Counted from the stretch's first letter, positions 11,395 to 22,570 are shown. The stretch is 64,000 nucleotides of DNA from an uncultured Flavobacteriaceae bacterium (GCA_963715015.1 CAVQQR010000011.1:32846-96845), one strand, 5' to 3'. The notes: generated by a model not told the origin, from the sequence alone. A program made the numbers and translations.

Positions 11395-12477
11395 TTACAC
11401 TTTGTAAAAAGGAAGTTTCACAATTTGCGCCGGAATATTGTTATTTCTAATTTTCACAAAAATCGTTTCTCCAATTTTTGCGTTTTCAGTTTTAACATAT
11501 CCCATACCAATTCCTTTTTTAAGGCTCGGACTCATGGTACCTGACGTAACTTTTCCAATGACCCGGTCATCAGCATCTGCGATTTCATAATCTTTTCTGG
11601 GGATTCCTCTTTCTAACAATTCAAAAGCCACCAATTTTTTAGATACTCCATTTTCCTTTTGATCTTTCAGTGATCCTGAATTTACAAAGTCTTTAGTGAA
11701 TTTTGTGATCCACCCCAGACCAGCTTCAATTGGGGAAGTAGTATCATCAATATCATTGCCGTACAAACAATAACCCATTTCCAAACGCAAAGTGTCTCTG
11801 GCAGCTAATCCGATTGGCTTTATCCCAAAATTTTTTCCAGCTTCAAAAACCTTCTTCCAGACCTGCTCTACCTGTTCGTTCTTACAATAGATTTCAAACC
11901 CGCCACTACCTGTATAGCCTGTAGCCGAAATGATCACATGATCAATTCCCGCAAAATCTGCTATTTTAAATTTATAAAATGGAATGGAAGCCAGATCGAC
12001 AGAAGTAAGTGCCTGCATAGATTCAATGGCTTTTGGTCCCTGGATGGCCAATAGAGCATAATTATCGGATATATTTTTCATTTCGGCGCCAAAACGATTC
12101 TTTTTACTTATCCATTCCCAGTCTTTTTCAATATTTGCCGCATTCACTACAAGAAGATAGGTATCTTCTTTTACTCGGTAAACGATCAAATCGTCGATGA
12201 TTCCGCCAGTATCGTTTGGCATACAACTGTATTGTGCATCACCAATCTGTAATTTAGAAGCGTCGTTCGAGGTAACAAATTGAACGAGATCCAAAGCGTT
12301 CTTCCCTTCAACCAAAAATTCACCCATGTGCGACACATCGAAAACACCAACGCCGTTTCGAACGGTTTCATGTTCTGCATTAACACCTTCGTATTGCACA
12401 GGCATCAGGTAACCAGCAAAAGGCACCATTTTTGCGCCGAGTGATTCATGGATATGATTTAGTTGAATTTTTTTCAT
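11395..12477 (-). CDS. gcvT: Glycine cleavage system aminomethyltransferase T
   Basis: [20 protein letters not shown] and [13 protein letters not shown]. Confidence 0.97.
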   Translation of the reverse strand: MKKIQLNHIHESLGAKMVPFAGYLMPVQYEGVNAEHETVRNGVGVFDVSHMGEFLVEGKNALDLVQFVTSNDASKLQIGDAQYSCMPNDTGGIIDDLIVYRVKEDTYLLVVNAANIEKDWEWISKKNRFGAEMKNISDNYALLAIQGPKAIESMQALTSVDLASIPFYKFKIADFAGIDHVIISATGYTGSGGFEIYCKNEQVEQVWKKVFEAGKNFGIKPIGLAARDTLRLEMGYCLYGNDIDDTTSPIEAGLGWITKFTKDFVNSGSLKDQKENGVSKKLVAFELLERGIPRKDYEIADADDRVIGKVTSGTMSPSLKKGIGMGYVKTENAKIGETIFVKIRNNNIPAQIVKLPFYKV

Positions 12478-12550
12478 CTTAGTTCAATTTATTTTGCAAA
12501 TTTACAGAATACTCTTCATCCAGTTGAAAATATTTAAATAAAACCTCTTT

Positions 12551-14029
12551 ATGAGTTTCAATTCATATCAAATTCAGATCGAAAACTATTTAATTTCAGG
12601 TATATTTTTCCTGGTTTTCTCATTTTCTTTTGCGCAAAACCACAGACCTGACGACTTTTTAAAACCTGAGTTTCACAAAGAAAGAAGGGAGGCTTTAAGA
12701 AAAAAAATGCCGCAAAACAGCGTTGCTGTATTTTTTGCAAATCCTGTTAGGAACCGGTCAAATGATGTGGATTTTGTCTATCACCAGGATCCGAATTTTT
12801 ATTACTTAACAGGTTACAAAGAACCACATTCTGTCTTGTTTATTTTTTCTGAAGAGCAAGTTGTTCAAGGCGAAAAAGTAAATGAATTGATTTATGTGCA
12901 GAAGAGAAATGAAAGGGCTGAGCTGTATAATGGAAAAAGGCTGGGTGTAGAGGGCGTTTCAAAAGAATTAGGTCTTTCGGCCGTATATAACGGAGAGGAT
13001 TTTATCAATATACCCATTGATTTTTCGACCTTTGATAAGGTGATGTTTGAGCCTTTCAGAAATGATGTGCGAGATACCAGGGCTGAAAAGGCCAATCTAT
13101 ATACTTTGATCGAGCAGTTCAAAAGTAAAATTGACTTAAATACTTTTTCCGCCAGTTCCGGTTTTGATCATCAAACAACTTTAAAAACGAATATCGATAA
13201 AAGAACCTTGAAAACTTTAATGGCCAATTTGAGAGAAGTAAAAGCTGAAGAAGAACTGGTGCTGATAAAAAAAGCAGTTGAGATCTCTTGTTTGGGTCAG
13301 ATCGAAGTTATGAAAGCGATGCATGAAGATATGTCTGAAATGGAAATTCAGGGTATTCATGAATTTGTATTTCGAAAATACGGTGCCGAGTTTGAGGGGT
13401 ATCCCTCTATTGTGGGAGCGGGCAACAATGGGTGTGTTCTGCATTATATTGATAATAATCTCTTGAATGTGGGTAATGATTTGGTCCTCATGGATCTTGG
13501 TGCGGAATACCGGGGCTATACAGCGGATGTGACCAGAACTATTCCTGCAAACGGTAAATTTAGCGCAGCACAAAAAGAGATTTACGATCTGGTCTATAAG
13601 GCGCAAGAAGCAGGAATACATGCAGCGGTCATTGGCAATAATGCCAAAATGATCGATTCAATTGCCAGAGATATTATCAATCAAGGTCTACTCGATTTAG
13701 GGATTATTAAAGATGTCAAAGAAGGAAGAACTTATTTTCCGCATGGTACGTCCCATCATATCGGTTTAGACGTTCATGATCTCAACAACCGAACAAGTTT
13801 TAAAGAGAATATGATCATCACAGTAGAACCCGGGATTTATATCCCCAAAGGAAGCGCTTGTGATCCAAAATATTGGGGTATTGGTGTTCGTATTGAAGAC
13901 GATGTATTAATTACCAAAACAGGGCCCGTTAACTATTCGGCACTCGCACCTAGAAAATCGGAGGAAATAGAAAAATTGATGAAGGAGGAAAGTATTTTTT
14001 CGACCTATCAATTGCCAACATTGGATTGA
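12551..14029 (+). CDS. Xaa-Pro aminopeptidase (M24B)
   Basis: AMP_N-like FYYLTG, then DLGAEYRGYTADVTRT, HGTSHHIGLDVHD, TVEPGIY and GVRIEDD. Confidence 0.92.
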   Translation: MSFNSYQIQIENYLISGIFFLVFSFSFAQNHRPDDFLKPEFHKERREALRKKMPQNSVAVFFANPVRNRSNDVDFVYHQDPNFYYLTGYKEPHSVLFIFSEEQVVQGEKVNELIYVQKRNERAELYNGKRLGVEGVSKELGLSAVYNGEDFINIPIDFSTFDKVMFEPFRNDVRDTRAEKANLYTLIEQFKSKIDLNTFSASSGFDHQTTLKTNIDKRTLKTLMANLREVKAEEELVLIKKAVEISCLGQIEVMKAMHEDMSEMEIQGIHEFVFRKYGAEFEGYPSIVGAGNNGCVLHYIDNNLLNVGNDLVLMDLGAEYRGYTADVTRTIPANGKFSAAQKEIYDLVYKAQEAGIHAAVIGNNAKMIDSIARDIINQGLLDLGIIKDVKEGRTYFPHGTSHHIGLDVHDLNNRTSFKENMIITVEPGIYIPKGSACDPKYWGIGVRIEDDVLITKTGPVNYSALAPRKSEEIEKLMKEESIFSTYQLPTLD

Positions 14030-15654
14030 TCAATTTCACTTCTAATCACATAAAAATTTCGGTCGATTTCAATAGTATTCACGTACGTTTCATGATTTAA
14101 AACCTGCCATGCCGCAGTGGGTCTTATCCATTTATCGACTTCATTTATTTGAACTTTTAATGGGATGGAAAAATTTTCCACGATATTCGTCCAACGAAAG
14201 CTTATCTGTTTTCCCTCCAACTTGTATTCCAAAACCGGCACTCTTGTGGTTCTTAAATATTGATCGAATACTCCTGAAAAATCGATTTTGCTTTTTTTAG
14301 AAATGTAATTTTCTATTTGCTCTGTCGTCACGGTTTGGTGATAAAAATCCTTATTTAAACCGATAAGAATTTGTCTAAACTTTTCATCATTATTGATCAC
14401 TTGTCGGATAAGATGAAGCATGTTTGCTGCTTTGGGATACATATCACCGGAGCCTTCGTTATTTACGTCATAGTCACCAATGACGGGCCTGTCATTGCGA
14501 ATATTTTGCCTTGTGCCGATCACATAATCGCTCCCTGCCTCTTTTCCGAAATGATAATCGACAAACAAGGTTTCGCTATAAGCAGTAAATCCTTCATGGA
14601 TCCACATATCGGCAATGTCTTTATAAGTAATGTTGTTGGCGAACCATTCATGTCCGGACTCATGAATAATGATAAAATCAAATTTTAAACCCCATCCTGA
14701 TCTGCTGAGGTCTTTACCCAAATAACCATTTTTATATTGATTACCATAAGTGACAGAGCTTTGGTGTTCCATACCCAAATAAGGTACTTCAACCAATTTA
14801 AAACTGTCTTCATAAAATGGGTAAGGGCCAAACCAGTATTCAAAAGCTTCCAGCATCAAAGGAACTTGTTTAAATTGTTCCTTGGCCTTTTCTAAATTAT
14901 TGCACAGCACATAATAATCACAGTCTAACTGCCCTTTTAAACCCCGGTATTTTTCACTAAAATGAACATAATCACCCACATTCACATTGATCCCATAATT
15001 GTTTATCGGATTGACTACCTCCCAAACAAAAGTTTTGGTTCGATCTTTATTATCTATGGTTTCCACTAATCTCCCGTTAGAAACAGCCGTTAAATTTTCA
15101 GGACAAGTAATGGATAAACTGACCCCAAGATCAGGTTCATCGTACATATGGTCTTTATTCGGCCACCAGATACTCGCTCCGATTCCCTGGCAGGTGGTGG
15201 CAATAAAATCATTTCCATTTTCATCTTTTTCCCAAGTAAAACCTCCGCTCCACGGAGGGTTTTTGCTTTCAACAGGCACTCCTTCATAAAAAATCTCCAA
15301 TAGACCAACGGAACCAATTTTAGGCTTTGTAGGGAGGTCGATGTAATAAGCAAATCCTTTTTTTGTATAAGACAAAGGTTTATCGTTTTGCAAAACTTTG
15401 GTTATCTGCAAAGGATCTTGTAAATCTATTTGTAAAGTAGAACCTTTTTCTAATACCTTGTATTTGATTGTGTTGCTCCCCGAAATGAACTTTTCCAAAG
15501 GATCTATTTTTAATTTTAAATCGTAATGAAGCAAATCCCACCATCCCCTTTCAGGTGTGATAGAACCGCGAAGTGTATCTTGTTCGGTGTAATTTTGTGC
15601 TGTACAAAACAGTGATAAAGTCAGAAGACAAACAAACAATGCGATTTTTTGCAT
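14008..15654 (-). CDS. Secreted M1-family metalloaminopeptidase
   Basis: Signal peptide, GMEHQ, HESGHEWF (HEXXH) and WIHEGF. Confidence 0.9.
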   Translation of the reverse strand: MQKIALFVCLLTLSLFCTAQNYTEQDTLRGSITPERGWWDLLHYDLKLKIDPLEKFISGSNTIKYKVLEKGSTLQIDLQDPLQITKVLQNDKPLSYTKKGFAYYIDLPTKPKIGSVGLLEIFYEGVPVESKNPPWSGGFTWEKDENGNDFIATTCQGIGASIWWPNKDHMYDEPDLGVSLSITCPENLTAVSNGRLVETIDNKDRTKTFVWEVVNPINNYGINVNVGDYVHFSEKYRGLKGQLDCDYYVLCNNLEKAKEQFKQVPLMLEAFEYWFGPYPFYEDSFKLVEVPYLGMEHQSSVTYGNQYKNGYLGKDLSRSGWGLKFDFIIIHESGHEWFANNITYKDIADMWIHEGFTAYSETLFVDYHFGKEAGSDYVIGTRQNIRNDRPVIGDYDVNNEGSGDMYPKAANMLHLIRQVINNDEKFRQILIGLNKDFYHQTVTTEQIENYISKKSKIDFSGVFDQYLRTTRVPVLEYKLEGKQISFRWTNIVENFSIPLKVQINEVDKWIRPTAAWQVLNHETYVNTIEIDRNFYVIRSEIDQSNVGN

Positions 15655-15734
15655 AGGAGCAGGTTTATATTAAATGCGGACAAATTTAAATTTTTCAAAT
15701 AAAGAAGTCTTAATTTTGATAAAAATTATACCTT

Positions 15735-16853
15735 TTGAAAAAACTAACCTTATATGCCTTCCTATTTTTTTCGATCACGATTGGTTTCGCACAGAAAAGA
15801 GAGAAAGATTCGCTAAAAGGTGAAGAGAAATTTGATAAAGAAAGAAATTTCATTGCCATTCCTACCGTCACCTATAATAATAGTTTCGGAGCCATGTTTG
15901 GCGGTATGGCGAGTTATTTTTATCACCTGAACGAGAACGACACTATATCTCCTTTATCTTCAAGTGGTCTGGTGGCCACCTATACGAGCAATAAAAGCTG
16001 GTTTTTGATCGTACCGAATTCTCTTTATTTTAAAGAAGATAAATACAGAGCCAAGCTAGTTGGAGGATTAGGTTCTATTGAATTTCAAACTTTTGTGGAT
16101 TGGAGTGATATCATTGGAAACTTACCACCGGCAATACTTCCGCCTAACTTAGATGGCACCTTTATCGATTTCAATACAACTTTTGCATTTCTTTATTCTG
16201 AATTTGTCACAAAGGTCTATAAAGATTATTATGTAGGGGGGAATTTTTTAATTTCTAACACGAAGACAATTTTTGATCTGCCAACAAATCCGGAAGACGA
16301 GCAAACATTGTTAGGATTTGGTTTTAATTTTGAAAAGGATTCGAGAAACAACCAGTTTGCACCTACCTTAGGAAATAACGGAAAATTGTTTACCAATCAT
16401 TTTCTCAAAAGTTTTGGGAGTACTTCAAACTACAGTAATTTTAACTTTCAATTCAATCAGTATTATCCCCTGAAAGAAAAAAATACCCTGATGTGGCGTT
16501 TATATGCTCAGGTTGCTTCCGGTGACGTACCTTTTTCCGGACAGAATGTGGTAGGAAGTGATGATTTGCGTGGCTATTCGAATGGTAAAAACAGAGCGAA
16601 TCAGGTGTATGACGCACAAACTGAATACAGACATTGGTTAAATGAAAAGTGGGGATTTGTCGCTTTTGGCGGAATTGCCACGGCAGTCAATAATTTTAGC
16701 GATTTTTCGTTTAACAAACTTCTGCCGGCCGCAGGAGCCGGCATTCGCTTTGCCGCTTTACCTAAATCAAACATCAATATAGGGATTGATGCCGCTGTTG
16801 GTAAAGAAGATTGGGGCGTTTATTTTAGAATAGGAGAGGCCTTTATTCGTTGA
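15735..16853 (+). CDS. Omp85/BamA-TamA-family beta-barrel outer-membrane protein (no POTRA)
   Basis: Signal peptide (TTG start), DSRNN, LRGY motif, GAGIRF and C-terminal YFRIGEAF. Confidence 0.8.
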   Translation: MKKLTLYAFLFFSITIGFAQKREKDSLKGEEKFDKERNFIAIPTVTYNNSFGAMFGGMASYFYHLNENDTISPLSSSGLVATYTSNKSWFLIVPNSLYFKEDKYRAKLVGGLGSIEFQTFVDWSDIIGNLPPAILPPNLDGTFIDFNTTFAFLYSEFVTKVYKDYYVGGNFLISNTKTIFDLPTNPEDEQTLLGFGFNFEKDSRNNQFAPTLGNNGKLFTNHFLKSFGSTSNYSNFNFQFNQYYPLKEKNTLMWRLYAQVASGDVPFSGQNVVGSDDLRGYSNGKNRANQVYDAQTEYRHWLNEKWGFVAFGGIATAVNNFSDFSFNKLLPAAGAGIRFAALPKSNINIGIDAAVGKEDWGVYFRIGEAFIR

Positions 16854-18138
16854 GTAAAAATGACTTGAGCTCACTATAACTGCTAATAAAATCTGCTTTC
16901 TTTTCTTTGTCTATTACGGCTAAAATTTGTTCCGGATAGTCAATTTTCTTTTGAATTACAGGTTCTACAACGTCTAAAAATTTAACCGGATGAGCCGTTT
17001 CAAGAAAAATTCCCTGCCAATCCGATTTGCCTTTTAAAAAGGCCTCCAAACCTGAATAACCTACTGCACCGTGGGGGTCTAAAATATAATGGTATTTTTT
17101 GTACACATGGTCCATGGCTGCTTTGGTTTCCTCGTCATTAAAAGCGTAAGAAACCAAATGTGCTTTCAGCTGTGCAAAATCGTTGTGGTATATTTCTTGG
17201 ATCCTGATGAAATTACTCGGATCGCCCACATCCATCGCATTTGAAATGGTCTGCACAGATGGCCTGGCTTTATAATTACCCGAAAGTAAATAATTAGTTA
17301 CCACGTCATTGGCGTTATTTGCCGCGATAAACTGATCAATTGGCAAACCTAATTTTTGTGCCATCATCCCTGCGCAAATATTTCCAAAATTACCGCTTGG
17401 AACAGCCACAGCCAGTTTCTTATCTTTAGTCGTTAGTTGTTTATAGGCGAAAGCGAAATAAAACATCTGTGGTAACCAACGGGCAACATTGATAGAATTT
17501 GCCGATGTCAATTGAATTTTTGAGGTGATTTCATGGTCGATAAAGGCATTCTTAACCATGGCCTGGCAATCGTCAAAAGTGCCCTTTACTTCGAGGGCTT
17601 TGATATTCTGACCCAGGGTTGTGAGTTGTTTTTCTTGTACCTCACTCACTTTTTTACTGGGATACAGAATAACGACATTTACACCTTCCACACCTAAAAA
17701 TCCGCTTGCTACTGCACCTCCTGTATCTCCGGATGTCGCTACTAATACGGTAACTTCCTTTTTGTCATTTCGTTTAAAATAAGATAAACATCTCGCCATA
17801 AACCTACCACCTACATCTTTGAAAGCCATGGTTGGACCGTGAAATAGCTCTAAGGCATAGGAATTCTCTTTTACAGGCACCAATGGAAAGTCAAAACAAA
17901 GCGTGTCTTCTATAATTATCCTCAGATCTTCTTCCGGAATTTCTTTACCGACGAATTGCTTGATCAATTGGTAAGCTATTTCATTATTTGAGTAATCCTG
18001 AAGGTTTTTAAAAAATTCCGGAGGCAGGCTTTTGATCTCTTTTGGAAAGTACAAACCTTTATCCGGGGCAATGCCATTGATAACAGCTCTTTCAAAATTT
18101 ACATCCGGCGACAGACGGTTTAGACTATAATATTTCAT
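16843..18138 (-). CDS. thrC: Threonine synthase
   Basis: LELFHGPTMAFKD (PLP Lys), ATSGDTG, SANSIN, PSGNFGN and TAHPVKF. Confidence 0.97.
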   Translation of the reverse strand: MKYYSLNRLSPDVNFERAVINGIAPDKGLYFPKEIKSLPPEFFKNLQDYSNNEIAYQLIKQFVGKEIPEEDLRIIIEDTLCFDFPLVPVKENSYALELFHGPTMAFKDVGGRFMARCLSYFKRNDKKEVTVLVATSGDTGGAVASGFLGVEGVNVVILYPSKKVSEVQEKQLTTLGQNIKALEVKGTFDDCQAMVKNAFIDHEITSKIQLTSANSINVARWLPQMFYFAFAYKQLTTKDKKLAVAVPSGNFGNICAGMMAQKLGLPIDQFIAANNANDVVTNYLLSGNYKARPSVQTISNAMDVGDPSNFIRIQEIYHNDFAQLKAHLVSYAFNDEETKAAMDHVYKKYHYILDPHGAVGYSGLEAFLKGKSDWQGIFLETAHPVKFLDVVEPVIQKKIDYPEQILAVIDKEKKADFISSYSELKSFLLNE

Positions 18139-18140
18139 GC

Positions 18141-19076
18141 TTAATTTGATTCAACTATTTGAATACCTTCCGGATTAATTTTGGAAATATAGATCTGAAA
18201 GGGAATATTTTTTGAACGATATAATTTTTCTATGCTATCTTTCACGTTTTCTGCAGATTGAATTCCTTTACAAAAAGAAAATATGGAAGGTCCTGAACCG
18301 GAAATTCCGCTTCCAAGCGCCCCTTGTTTCAGGGCTGTCTGCTTTACTTCATCAAATCCGGGAATGAGTTTTGAGCGGAAGGGTTCCACAATATAATCTT
18401 GCAAGGATGCTGCAAAAAGTTTCACATCTTGTGTGTGTAAAGCATGGACAAACGATCCTACATTTGCCCATTGTTTTACGGCAAGTTCCAGATCGACCTG
18501 TTTTGGTAAAATAGCTCTGGCTTCTGATGTTCTAATTTCAATCTGGGGATGTAAGATCACTACAAAAAGATCTTTGAGAACGGGTAATTTTAATACTTTT
18601 TGGGGTTCATCGTGTTTTACCAAAGTAAATCCTCCTAATAGGGCGGGAGCAACATTATCAGTGATCGGAAAACCACAAGCCAGTCTTTCGCCCTCTCGGG
18701 CAAAATCAATTAATTCAAATTCATTAAAAGGCTTGCTTAATAATTGATTTATGGCGAATACAGCTCCGGCGGCACTCGCAGCGCTACTGCCAATTCCGCT
18801 ACCCGGTTTGATCTTTTTCACTATTTCAATTTCAAATCCAAAATCAACAGGAGATTTTAAATCATTTAACAGAGCTAAAGATGCTACACCGGCTACATTT
18901 TTCTCTGTCTCTAAGGGCAAATCCATACCGGTAATCTTTGTGATTCTGACTCCTTTTTCAGCAGTTTTCAAAATAGTCATATAATCACCAATGCCATCTA
19001 AACAGCAGCCTAGTACATCAAAACCACAAGAAATATTGGCTACCGTGGCTGGTGAAAAAATGGTTATTCTGTTCAT
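18141..19076 (-). CDS. thrB: Homoserine kinase (start reassigned to MNRITIFSPAT, ATG at 19076)
   Basis: PATVANISCGFDVLG, GSGIGSSAAS and SGSGPS (GHMP kinase). The longer track ORF overlaps thrA. Confidence 0.95.
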   Translation of the reverse strand: MNRITIFSPATVANISCGFDVLGCCLDGIGDYMTILKTAEKGVRITKITGMDLPLETEKNVAGVASLALLNDLKSPVDFGFEIEIVKKIKPGSGIGSSAASAAGAVFAINQLLSKPFNEFELIDFAREGERLACGFPITDNVAPALLGGFTLVKHDEPQKVLKLPVLKDLFVVILHPQIEIRTSEARAILPKQVDLELAVKQWANVGSFVHALHTQDVKLFAASLQDYIVEPFRSKLIPGFDEVKQTALKQGALGSGISGSGPSIFSFCKGIQSAENVKDSIEKLYRSKNIPFQIYISKINPEGIQIVESN

Positions 19077-19080
19077 TTTA

Positions 19081-21525
19081 TTATTTATTGATGGTTCTGA
19101 TGATGTCGCCAAAAATACCGGAAGCAGTGACCTCACTTCCCGCACCGGCACCTTTTATGATAAGCGGTTGGTCGGCATAACGGTCAGTATAGAACAAGAC
19201 GATGTTATCTTTTCCATCGAGATTGTAAAACGGATGATCCTGTGGAATCTGTTCTAATTTTACTTTTGCTTTTCCTCGATTAAAAGAGGCCACAAATTTT
19301 AATTTGGAATTATTTTTTTCGGCAGCTTCTCTCAACTGATTAAAATGAGAAGCTTCAGTTTTTAAACTTTCCATAAAGGCGTCAACGCTTTTGGCTTCTA
19401 CGGAAGCTTTGGGTAAAAAGCTTTCATTTTCAATATCAGACAATTCCATTTGAATTCCACTTTCTCTCACAAGAATTAGGATTTTACGCATCACATCCAC
19501 TCCGCTGAGGTCTATTCTGGGATCAGGTTCGGTATAACCTTCTTCACCTGCTTTTTTGACCACATCGTAAAAACTATTGTTCTCATCAAAATTATTAAAA
19601 ATGAAATTCAGACTACCCGAAAGAACGGCCTTAATTTCTTTAATTTCATCGCCCGAATTGACCATATTCTTCAGGTTATCAATGATCGGTAAACCGGCTC
19701 CCACATTTGTTTCAAATAAATAGGGGGCATTGTATTCTTTGGAAAGCTCTTTCAGCTGATTGTAGTTCTCAAAGTCAGAAGAACTTGCTACTTTGTTACA
19801 AGCTACGACGGCTATGCTTTTTCTCAGGTATTTTTCGTAGTATGTCGGTACAATATCGTTTGCAGTATTGTCTACAAATACGCTATTTCTTAGATTCAGA
19901 TCAATCACATGATTATAAAACTCATCTAAATTTGAGGTCATTTTTGAGTTTTTAAGTTGGTCTTTCCAATTTTCTAAATCGATCCCTTCTTCCTTAAAAA
20001 TCATTTTTTTGGAGTTGGCAAGGCCAACCACTTTCATTTCCAAGTGCAATTTATCAATTAAATACGGTTGCTGCTGTTCGATCTGTTCCAATAATTTGCT
20101 GCCCACATTTCCGACACCCACGATAAACAGATTTATTTGTTTTAATTGGTTTTCGAAAAAGGTCGTATGCAAGGAGTTCAATGCTTTTTTTGCGTCTTTT
20201 TTTGCAATGACGGCTGAAATATTCTTCTCAGTTGAACCTTGGGCAATGGCCACAATATTGACGTTGTTATTACCTAAACTGCTAAACATTTTTCCACTAA
20301 TTCCCTGATGCGATTTCATATTATCGCCAACCAAAGCAATAATGGCTAAATCGTTTTCAACGGTCACCGGATTTATTTTTCGCTGAAAAATTTCATATTC
20401 AAAAGCTTTGTCTACAGCAATTTTAGCATTTTCCGCTTCTTCTTCATCTATGGCAAAAGAGATGGAATGTTCACTTGAAGCCTGTGTGATAAATTTGACA
20501 TTGATATTTTGCTGTGACAGGGCACCAAATAGTCTTTTTGAGATTCCAGGTACACCCACCATTCCGTTTCCTTGAAGTGTGAGCAAAGATATTTGTTCTA
20601 TATGACTGATACCTTTGACCATATTTTTACCGGCCACAATCTTTTCTGCGATTAAGGTTCCTCGGTCATCAGGCGCCATGGTGTTCTTGATCAAAATTGG
20701 TATTTTTTTATCCATGGCAGGCTGTATGGTTGGCGGATATATCACTTTCGCGCCAAAATGGGAAAGTTCCATCGCTTCCTGATAGGTAATCTGTTCAATA
20801 GGTTTGGCTTGTTTCACCAATTGCGGGTTTGCGGTGAACATACCACTCACATCTGTCCAGATCTCTAAAAGTTCTGCATCCACAGCGTTTGCTGCTATGG
20901 CAGCTGTAAAATCAGAACCACCTCTGCCAAGCGTTGTTGCATTATTCTTTCCATCTGATGCAATAAATCCCGGCATAACGATGACTCTTTTATCCGTTGC
21001 CTGCACGGCTTCCGCAATATTTTTGTAGGTCTCCCCATAATGAACGGACGCCTTACTGTAATGGCTGTCTGTTTTGATCAATAAGCGACTATCCAAAAGC
21101 TTACAACTGATACTTTTTAATTTAATCGCTTCTGTTATGATAAAGGAAGAGAGGATTTCGCCAACACTAACGATTTTTGCCAGTGATTTTTCAGAAAGGT
21201 CATTTAACAAATACACTCCTTTTAAAGTATCCTTCAATTTATGCATCTGCGTCATGACAAAATTTGCAGATTTCTGTTGGTGTTCTTCTCCGAATAATTC
21301 GTCAATAGCCTCTTTGTGTTTGGTCTGTATTTCTTTCAATACATTCACATAATCCTGATCTCCTTTTACAGCGAGTTCAGAAGCTTTTATCAGCAGGTTG
21401 GTGATGCCTCCCAAAGCTGAAACAACGACAATGTTTTTTCCTTTCTTTTGAGATACGATCTCAACAACTTTTTGAATATTTTTTGCAGAACCTACAGATG
21501 TTCCGCCAAACTTTGCAACTATCAT
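19081..21525 (-). CDS. thrA: Bifunctional aspartate kinase/homoserine dehydrogenase I
   Basis: KFGGTSVG, TTLGRGGSDFTA, ACT domains, GVGNVG, ETNVGAGLP and GYTEPDPR. Confidence 0.97.
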   Translation of the reverse strand: MIVAKFGGTSVGSAKNIQKVVEIVSQKKGKNIVVVSALGGITNLLIKASELAVKGDQDYVNVLKEIQTKHKEAIDELFGEEHQQKSANFVMTQMHKLKDTLKGVYLLNDLSEKSLAKIVSVGEILSSFIITEAIKLKSISCKLLDSRLLIKTDSHYSKASVHYGETYKNIAEAVQATDKRVIVMPGFIASDGKNNATTLGRGGSDFTAAIAANAVDAELLEIWTDVSGMFTANPQLVKQAKPIEQITYQEAMELSHFGAKVIYPPTIQPAMDKKIPILIKNTMAPDDRGTLIAEKIVAGKNMVKGISHIEQISLLTLQGNGMVGVPGISKRLFGALSQQNINVKFITQASSEHSISFAIDEEEAENAKIAVDKAFEYEIFQRKINPVTVENDLAIIALVGDNMKSHQGISGKMFSSLGNNNVNIVAIAQGSTEKNISAVIAKKDAKKALNSLHTTFFENQLKQINLFIVGVGNVGSKLLEQIEQQQPYLIDKLHLEMKVVGLANSKKMIFKEEGIDLENWKDQLKNSKMTSNLDEFYNHVIDLNLRNSVFVDNTANDIVPTYYEKYLRKSIAVVACNKVASSSDFENYNQLKELSKEYNAPYLFETNVGAGLPIIDNLKNMVNSGDEIKEIKAVLSGSLNFIFNNFDENNSFYDVVKKAGEEGYTEPDPRIDLSGVDVMRKILILVRESGIQMELSDIENESFLPKASVEAKSVDAFMESLKTEASHFNQLREAAEKNNSKLKFVASFNRGKAKVKLEQIPQDHPFYNLDGKDNIVLFYTDRYADQPLIIKGAGAGSEVTASGIFGDIIRTINK

Positions 21526-21584
21526 GGTTTGTGGACTAAATTTTAAATCTTAAAAAATTACAATAAATATGACTGTGTGAATAA

Positions 21585-21605
21585 TAGAAAGACCCCTTAA
21601 GGGGT
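21585..21605 (-). terminator. thr attenuator terminator hairpin
   Basis: Minus strand reads ACCCC-TTAA-GGGGT followed by CTTTCTATT, between the leader ORF and thrA. Confidence 0.65.
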
Positions 21606-21668
21606 GATGGTTGTTGAGCTAAACAACACTTTGCAGGATAAATTGATATAATGTCTTAAAGAATGCAT
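21597..21668 (-). CDS. Putative thr operon leader peptide MHSLRHYINLSCKVLFSSTTITP (23 aa)
   Basis: Manual translation. Thr-Thr-Ile-Thr codons come just before Pro-stop, and the stop lies in the terminator loop. A TATATTTG promoter box is at 21673-21680. Confidence 0.7.
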   Translation of the reverse strand: MHSLRHYINLSCKVLFSSTTITP

Positions 21669-21955
21669 GCCCCAAATATAGAAGTCTTTTTTTATAAAAT
21701 GATTATTTTATTTATTTTTTTAAATAAACGTTTAAGAAATGCATGTTTCATAGAATAATTCTTTCAAAAGGTTTATTTTTTTTGATTTTTTGCTAGTTTC
21801 TTAGGTTACCCGCTCCTTTTTGATATTTTTTTAAATGATGTATAGATTTCTTTACATATCATAATATTTTAATAAAATTTTTCTAAATTTGATAAAGTAT
21901 AGTCAAATCAATTATTAACCCATTTATCAATTTGATAAAATAAACCGTAAAAATT

Positions 21956-22570
21956 ATGGCAAATGCAATTTCAAAAGTAACCCACTCTGTGAAAAATTGG
22001 TGGATCTTTTTAGTTATCGGAATTCTGATGATCATCGGTGCAATTTGGATGTTCAAAACACCCATCGAAAGTTTTGTTGGATTAACCGTTTTTTTCAGCA
22101 TGTTAATTTTCATTTCAGGTATTCTCACGATCATTTATGCCATCGGGCATCGGGATGAAATTGAAAACTGGGGATTATACCTCGGAGGAGGTATCTTAGA
22201 TATTATTGTGGGCTTCATCCTCTTAAAGTACCCGGGCGTTACCATGGTCCTGTTTTCGTTATTCGTAGGATTTTGGTTGCTTTTTAGAGGTATTTTCATG
22301 ATCTCAAGTTCCTTTAAAATGAAGAAAGAAGGTGTTAATAACTGGGGTTGGATCCTGGTATTTGGAATTTTAACCACCATTTTCGCTTTTTTTGCCATAA
22401 TTAACCCTATAGTTGGGGCTAGTTATTTGGTCTTTACTTTGGCCTTTGCTTTTTTATTGCTGGGTATTGGAAATATTTTTATTTCACTCCAGTTGAGAAA
22501 AGTAAAGGGAAAAGTAGGAGATTTAAAAGAAGATGTATTGTCTGCCGCCGACAAGTTGAAAAGAGATTAG
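21956..22570 (+). CDS. HdeD/DUF308 family membrane protein
   Basis: NWWIFLVIGIL and repeated hairpin TM segments with GW-LVFG. Confidence 0.85.
   Translation: MANAISKVTHSVKNWWIFLVIGILMIIGAIWMFKTPIESFVGLTVFFSMLIFISGILTIIYAIGHRDEIENWGLYLGGGILDIIVGFILLKYPGVTMVLFSLFVGFWLLFRGIFMISSSFKMKKEGVNNWGWILVFGILTTIFAFFAIINPIVGASYLVFTLAFAFLLLGIGNIFISLQLRKVKGKVGDLKEDVLSAADKLKRD

Noticed and set aside
14008-16853. Short 3' overlaps of convergent genes (Xaa-Pro/M1 peptidases, Omp85/thrC)
   Set aside because: Common in compact flavobacterial genomes, with no further signal.
19077-19151. N-terminal extension of thrB in the track, and similar extensions at 51369, 54995 and 63976
   Set aside because: They overlap upstream genes. 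Downstream ATGs match the family N-termini.
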